Positions 58,791-64,000 of a stretch of DNA of 64,000 nt are shown here, one piece after another. The stretch is from assembly GCA_033762295.1 (NCBI GenBank), contig JANRLW010000043.1, forward strand, positions 1 to 64,000, read 5' to 3'. Source of the DNA: Capsulimonadales bacterium. Lineage in GTDB: Bacteria > Armatimonadota > Armatimonadia > Armatimonadales > Armatimonadaceae. The translations under genes and the position numbers were made by a program. The notes beneath the pieces are model-generated. The model saw nothing but the letters and a program-made list of their open reading frames with translations, did not search any database and was not told the DNA's origin. The stretch's first letter is position 1. Every line of letters starts with the position of its first letter.

Positions 58791-60194
58791 TCAGGGACGG
58801 CGAGTTTCCCAAGCGCCGATGTCCGGACCCCGGCCCTGCGTGCGATTTTTGCTCCCGAAGTCGGTCTTCAGGAGAACCCGGCGACTGCCGACGTCGACGC
58901 CCGGTCCCGAAGGACGACAGCGGAAATCCGGTGAATCGGCGTCCGGAGAGAGAAACTGCGGGTTTCCGAATCGATTTTGCCAGCTGGCTGCCTTGTCCGC
59001 ACCGGTTCCAAGGTCCGCCTCCCCGCCGAAAAACAGGTTCGCCTCGAAACGAACGGAATCCGGAGCCGGGGCGACCGCTTTCCCGTTATCGAAGGAACGA
59101 GCGCAAAGCGCACCGGGCTGACCGCCGCTCACCGCAATATTGTTGAGAAAACGGACGCGCGCCGATTGACCGACACTCAGTTCCGCGCTCGGCCCGGAAC
59201 CGTTCGGAAACGGGACGCGCAGGTCACCGTCCTGCAGATTTCGTACGCAGGTATTGTTGACGACATCGACGTTATTGCTCTTGAAAACATGGATTCCGCG
59301 ACCGCCGTTTCGATAGACCAGATTATTGCCGATCAGGGTACGCGGTGATTCGTAGCTCGTATCGATGATGATTCCGTTGCCGTCCGTATGGAACCCGTTG
59401 CCGGTCCGCGACGGTGGCGTGTACCGGGAACGGTTCTCGTAAATCCGGTTGCCGACGACGACGTTATGGTAGCCCCGGTCGCTCTCCTGTCGGTTGCGAA
59501 GACCCAGGAGGGTGATTCCGCTCTGATCGTATTTCGAACCCCAGGCACACCGATATACCGCGTTGCCGTTGATGGTCACATAGTCGCTCCCTTCCGTCAC
59601 CTCTTGCGTCGCGTCCGAGACCGTTCCGACGGCGGCGATGCCCGCGCCTCCCATGTTTCGAACGGTGCAGTCGAGAATTCGAACATGGTGTGCGGTCGGA
59701 TGAAGAACGATGCCGTTGCATTCGGCGGAGGCGAGCGATCCGTCGACGATCAGGCCGATTACCTGTACATGATGGACCGGTGAAAATACACCGGTCTTCC
59801 GTTCATCGTCCCAACGATCCATGGCGGGAATGCCGATCACTTCCCAGGCATTCGGATCGGTGACTTGCAGGATCGGTCGTTCGCCGGGATAGCCGCGAAG
59901 CGTGATACCGGATTTATTGAGGCCGAACGGACCGGGGTAGAGGCCGCCGCGAAGGACGATGGTGTCGCCGGTTCCGTACTCCTCGCCCGAACGGGCAAGG
60001 TCGAGGGCGCGGCGGATGGTGCGAAGCGGTGTGGCGGGATCGCCCGCCGTAAACGCATTCCGGGAGTCATCCCCGTCGGGAGCGACGTAGAGAGTGCCTG
60101 CCGACGCGGATACGGCGCAAAGTAGCAGGGAGGCGAGGAGCAGAGCGGTCGACGACGGGAAACCAAAAAGCGAGCGGAGGTTCGGGATCGGCAT
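58791..60194 (-). CDS. secreted right-handed parallel beta-helix protein
   Basis: Signal peptide, YVAPDGDD..G....P.RTI..A, repeated N...N.G.GI, TDGNGIIID, PDIGA.E; ATG 60194 avoids overlap with the protease gene. Confidence 0.85.
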   Translation of the reverse strand: MPIPNLRSLFGFPSSTALLLASLLLCAVSASAGTLYVAPDGDDSRNAFTAGDPATPLRTIRRALDLARSGEEYGTGDTIVLRGGLYPGPFGLNKSGITLRGYPGERPILQVTDPNAWEVIGIPAMDRWDDERKTGVFSPVHHVQVIGLIVDGSLASAECNGIVLHPTAHHVRILDCTVRNMGGAGIAAVGTVSDATQEVTEGSDYVTINGNAVYRCAWGSKYDQSGITLLGLRNRQESDRGYHNVVVGNRIYENRSRYTPPSRTGNGFHTDGNGIIIDTSYESPRTLIGNNLVYRNGGRGIHVFKSNNVDVVNNTCVRNLQDGDLRVPFPNGSGPSAELSVGQSARVRFLNNIAVSGGQPGALCARSFDNGKAVAPAPDSVRFEANLFFGGEADLGTGADKAASWQNRFGNPQFLSPDADSPDFRCRPSGPGVDVGSRRVLLKTDFGSKNRTQGRGPDIGAWETRRP

Positions 60195-60243
60195 AACGCT
60201 TTGTCCTTCCCCTCCGCCCCTGCGGATTCCTGCCCGAAAGCCG

Positions 60244-61860
60244 TTACGGGCTGACGACGACGAAGCGTCCCTCGCCCTGTCGCAGGACATAAAGGGCGAC
60301 GCTGCGGTTATCGGCAGGCTGGTCTTTGAGAATACGTTCCACCGCCGCCTTCAACTCATCCGGCGAATCGATCGGCGACTGGCCGACCCGCTGGATGACA
60401 TCGCCCCGTCGGATTCCGGCCGCCTGTGCGGCGGAGTTGGGCTGAACCTCGGCCACGACCACCCCGCGCGTACCCGCCGGAACGCGCAGCTGTCCGGCCA
60501 GGTCCGGGGTCAGCGGCGCGATCCGGATTCCAAGCGAGGTCCCGGAGGACTTTTCGCCGTCACCGTTCAACGGCAACGAGGGGGTGCCGGGTTCCTTGCG
60601 CTCCTCGACCGTCGCTTCAAGGGTTCGCTTCGCCCCCCCGCGCAGAATATCCAGTTTGATGGTGGTACCCGCGCGGGTCGCCGCCACCAGGCGCTGTAAC
60701 TCGGACGAGGTCGCGATCGCCCGTCCGTTGATGCCGGTAATTACGTCGCCCGGTTCCAACCCGGCGCGCGATGCCGGGCTATTCGGCTCGACCGATTCCA
60801 CCAGAGCGCCGGTCGTCGTCGGTGCCAGCCCGAAGGCGCGGGCCTGCTCGCTCACGTTGGCGATCGCAATTCCAAGGCGCGAACGACGTACCCGACCTTC
60901 CTTCAGAAGGGTGTCCGCGATCTCGCGGGCCGTGGAAATGGGAATCGCGAACCCGATACCGACGTTACCGCCCGTTCGGCTGTAGATCGCGTTGTTGACC
61001 CCGATGACCCGACCGTAGATATCGAGAAGCGGGCCGCCGGAGTTGCCCGGATTGATGGAGGCGTCCGTCTGCAGGTACTGCCCCGGACCGTTCTCGGATA
61101 GCGGCACCTCGCGACCCTTGGCGGAGATGACCCCGACCGTCATGGTGTGATCCAGTCCGAACGGATTGCCGAGAGCGATCGCCCAATCGCCGACATTCAC
61201 CCGATCCGAATCTCCGAGGGTAACGGTCGGAAGACCGTTTGCCGGAATCTTCACCACGGCAACATCGGTGACGGCGTCCTCACCGACGACCTTCGCATTC
61301 TTAAACACCTGACCGTCCGCCAGTTTGACGGTGACGGTGTCGGCGCCCCGAACGACATGGGCATTGGTGATGATGACCCCGTCCTGTCGGATGATGAAGC
61401 CGGACCCGAGGCCCGAACGAACCATTCGACCGCCCTGGCGGCCGGACGGCGGCGCGGACGGCTCGGCGTTCGGGACAACCTCCTCCGGAACGTTATCGCC
61501 GAAGAACCGGCGGAAAAGTTCGTCCATATCGGGTCCGCCGGGTCCGCCAGGTCCGCCGAACGGCGTCATGCCGCGTCGAGGCGTCGGAATGCTTTCCATG
61601 GTCGTGATCGTGACCACCGCCGGTTCGACCGAGCGGGCGACCTGATTGAAGGCCGCCTGCATGTTGGCCGCCTCACGGATCGCTTCCGTCGTCGCGACCG
61701 CCGCCGGTCGGGCGGGAGCGGCCGCCGCGACCCGGGCCGACTGTCCGGTCTGCGCTTCGGAGGGACGTATGTAGCCGGGCGCTAACAGGGCAGCGATCCC
61801 GATCGCTCCGGCCACGGTCAGTTTTGCAGAGTGCTTCTTGAGAAACAAATTCGATCTCAT
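60244..61860 (-). CDS. DegP/HtrA serine protease with two PDZ domains
   Basis: GSGFII, TNAHV, DVAV, INPGNSGG, two PDZ repeats; SD AAGGAG. Confidence 0.94.
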   Translation of the reverse strand: MRSNLFLKKHSAKLTVAGAIGIAALLAPGYIRPSEAQTGQSARVAAAAPARPAAVATTEAIREAANMQAAFNQVARSVEPAVVTITTMESIPTPRRGMTPFGGPGGPGGPDMDELFRRFFGDNVPEEVVPNAEPSAPPSGRQGGRMVRSGLGSGFIIRQDGVIITNAHVVRGADTVTVKLADGQVFKNAKVVGEDAVTDVAVVKIPANGLPTVTLGDSDRVNVGDWAIALGNPFGLDHTMTVGVISAKGREVPLSENGPGQYLQTDASINPGNSGGPLLDIYGRVIGVNNAIYSRTGGNVGIGFAIPISTAREIADTLLKEGRVRRSRLGIAIANVSEQARAFGLAPTTTGALVESVEPNSPASRAGLEPGDVITGINGRAIATSSELQRLVAATRAGTTIKLDILRGGAKRTLEATVEERKEPGTPSLPLNGDGEKSSGTSLGIRIAPLTPDLAGQLRVPAGTRGVVVAEVQPNSAAQAAGIRRGDVIQRVGQSPIDSPDELKAAVERILKDQPADNRSVALYVLRQGEGRFVVVSP

Positions 61861-62029
61861 CTTGTACAAGGCTCCTTACGGAAAGTCCTATTTGACAGAT
61901 TCATTACGAAGGATCGGCCGGATCGTGTTCCGACCGGAGGTTCACGGAGGAAAACAACCGAACCGATTCCTGCGCGGAATCGTCTAATTCGGTATTCCCG
62001 TTCCCCATCGTCTCCGGAGGGCCTGTAAC

Positions 62030-63613
62030 GTGTCCCAGGTACTGTTGTGGGTTTCGCTCGTCCTCGGCGTGGTCGCCGTGCTGCTTCGTTTCCTGCCTTT
62101 GCCACCCGTTCCGGGTCGACCGGAAGGCGAATCCGTCGTTCGGTCGACCGAAGAGGGGGAAGCCCATCCGGTGGTCCGGCGGATCGGGTTCGCGGCCCCG
62201 TTTCTCGGTTTTGCGCTGACCTTGCCGGTAGGCGGCGTCTTCTCCTCCGGACAGCAGTTCGGGATCGGTTTTCTCGCGGGAGGCGTGTCGGCTCTGCTGG
62301 CCGATTTTTTGGTTCGGACATCGAAATCGCCTCGCGAACCGGAAGCGATCCCCCGGACCGCCGCGAACGGACTCGCCATCGCCGTCGTAGCCGCCGTCCT
62401 CCTCTTTTTGCCGGCGTCCCGCCTCGATGCGCTTCTCGGCGTCGCGATCGGCTGGCTGTGCCCGGCGTTTGCCTTTCTGCTCGCCCTGCCCGCAACCCGG
62501 CGCGCCGCCGCCCCCGGACGTGGGACGGTGGCGGCGGTGGGTATGGCCGTCACCCTCTGCGCGGGCGCGGCGCTGTGCCTGTACCGGGACCCCATTACCT
62601 CGCAGTTCCCCAAACTCTCCTGGACCGCGCTTCTCCTTGCCTTCGCCGCGCTGGGAACGCTGGTCAACGCAGGGACGGCGCGGTTCGAACCCTTTCTGCG
62701 GACCGGTATCCGTCGACTGCTGCCGATAGCGGTTCTGGCGGCGGGGGCGGGAATCGCCCTGTTCCAGGCCGATCTCAAACTGGTGGACGATCCGCGAACG
62801 GCCTGGATCGGTGTCGGTGGCCTTTTGCTTCTCCCGGTCGTTCTCGCCGCCCTGCGCGAGGCGGCGCGACGCGCTCCGACGGAGGATCCGGGAACGATCC
62901 GTATGTTTCTGCCGGCCGTTCTGCTGACCACCGGATTTCTCGCGGCGGTTCAGACGCTGCAGGGGACGGGCGCGGCGGTGTTCACGGTCGCTCTCTGGCT
63001 GGCCCTGCCCCCGCTTCTGCCCTTTGCCCGCGAGGAGAGCGGCGAGGGGGAACCCGTCGAAAACGACCTGTCCTTATCTCTCCTGAACCTTCTGCTGTTC
63101 GGTACGACGCTGCTGCTCTGGCGGCTGTTCGTCACCCGCTGGTCCGGCGAACTGCACGGCGTTTCCCTGACCGACCAGTACGCCCTTTTCGGCCTGATTC
63201 TGGGAGCGGCGATCCCCGATCTTCTGTCTTCCGTTCCGTCCGGTTGGTCCGGCGGAAAAACGGGCGGGACGGTGCGGGGGATCGCAGCTCTGACGGTCAC
63301 CGCTCTGCTGGCGCTGGCCGTGCCTGCTCTGCCCCTGGTACTGTTCGGTCCGAAAAGCGTGGTGGCGGTGCTGATCGGTCTCGGGCTGGGTGTCGGACTT
63401 CGAACGGCACGCCACCCGTCGCTGTTCCCGGCGTTAATCGCGCTGGCGGTAACCCTGGTGCTGACCCAGTGGACGGGAACCGTGCTGCCGGAGCAGGCCT
63501 GGTCACGGGTCGATAAGGTCCGGGTACTGATCGGCCTCATGGCGGTCCTGGTGCCGCTGACGGTTTTCTCCGATCGCTTCATGGTCCTTCTCGGGCGGAG
63601 GGAGACACGATGA
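62030..63613 (+). CDS. polytopic hypothetical membrane protein
   Basis: 527 aa, many hydrophobic segments; coupled to the next gene by ATGA overlap. Confidence 0.75.
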   Translation: MSQVLLWVSLVLGVVAVLLRFLPLPPVPGRPEGESVVRSTEEGEAHPVVRRIGFAAPFLGFALTLPVGGVFSSGQQFGIGFLAGGVSALLADFLVRTSKSPREPEAIPRTAANGLAIAVVAAVLLFLPASRLDALLGVAIGWLCPAFAFLLALPATRRAAAPGRGTVAAVGMAVTLCAGAALCLYRDPITSQFPKLSWTALLLAFAALGTLVNAGTARFEPFLRTGIRRLLPIAVLAAGAGIALFQADLKLVDDPRTAWIGVGGLLLLPVVLAALREAARRAPTEDPGTIRMFLPAVLLTTGFLAAVQTLQGTGAAVFTVALWLALPPLLPFAREESGEGEPVENDLSLSLLNLLLFGTTLLLWRLFVTRWSGELHGVSLTDQYALFGLILGAAIPDLLSSVPSGWSGGKTGGTVRGIAALTVTALLALAVPALPLVLFGPKSVVAVLIGLGLGVGLRTARHPSLFPALIALAVTLVLTQWTGTVLPEQAWSRVDKVRVLIGLMAVLVPLTVFSDRFMVLLGRRETR

Positions 63614-64000
63614 AAGGCCGTTTGTTCCAATCGCTCGCCTCCGCCCTGGTCGTGACGCTGGTCGGAATCGGATGGGCGTTCCTGATCCTCGCGGAGACGC
63701 CGCGCGGGCAGGTCGAGGGGACGGTGCGCCTCACCGACGCCGGCAACCGTCCGCTTTCCCGGTGCGATGTCTACCTGACGCCGATCGATGAGGAAGGCAA
63801 CCGGGATAACCGCGACAATGATCCGCGCGAACGCCGACACACGGTCACGGACGAGCAGGGCGTGTTTCGCCTTCGCGCCGTTCCCGCCGGTAGATACGCG
63901 CTTTCGGCATCCGCCCGCTGGCATCAAAGCGAGCGAGATATCCGGATCGACGTTGAAGAGGCGAGAACGGCCCGCGGAACGATCGACCTGAAGCGGAGCG
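63610..64000 (+). CDS. 5' part of a membrane-anchored protein with a carboxypeptidase-regulatory-like domain (truncated by the window)
   Basis: MKGRLFQSLASALVVTLVGIGWAFLILAETPRGQVEGTV...TDEQGVFRLRAVPAGRY; open to the window end. Confidence 0.7.
   Translation, partial: MKGRLFQSLASALVVTLVGIGWAFLILAETPRGQVEGTVRLTDAGNRPLSRCDVYLTPIDEEGNRDNRDNDPRERRHTVTDEQGVFRLRAVPAGRYALSASARWHQSERDIRIDVEEARTARGTIDLKRS

Overview
A gene-dense, high-GC bacterial chromosomal segment with about 60 CDSs. I found no rRNA, tRNA, CRISPR array or mobile element. Two prepilin/H-X9-DG (DUF1559-type) genes with the '[14 protein letters not shown]' signature suggest Armatimonadota; this is an inference only. Housekeeping genes: asnS, pdhABC, mutS2, csaA, cdd, accB-hom-thrC, lepB, purC, pyrK-pyrD, an EF-G paralogue and a degP-like protease. 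Accessory genes: an animal-type protein-arginine deiminase (PAD), a tandem active/inactive transglutaminase-like pair, an SsuABC/TauABC-like transporter with a pilin-like gene inside it, a redoxin-cytochrome c-copper monooxygenase fusion, a Mo-cofactor/pentapeptide-repeat fusion, carotenoid-modifying genes, VIT-vWA, a stand-alone WYL-like gene and several lipoproteins. Best leads: (1) the PAD plus transglutaminase neighbourhood; (2) the pilin-like gene translationally coupled inside the ABC locus; (3) a 57-codon ORF in frame with an ABC exporter, separated by one TGA; (4) a catalytically stripped ApgM-like protein near hom-thrC; (5) several apparently leaderless genes. All calls come from motifs read by eye; no database search was run.
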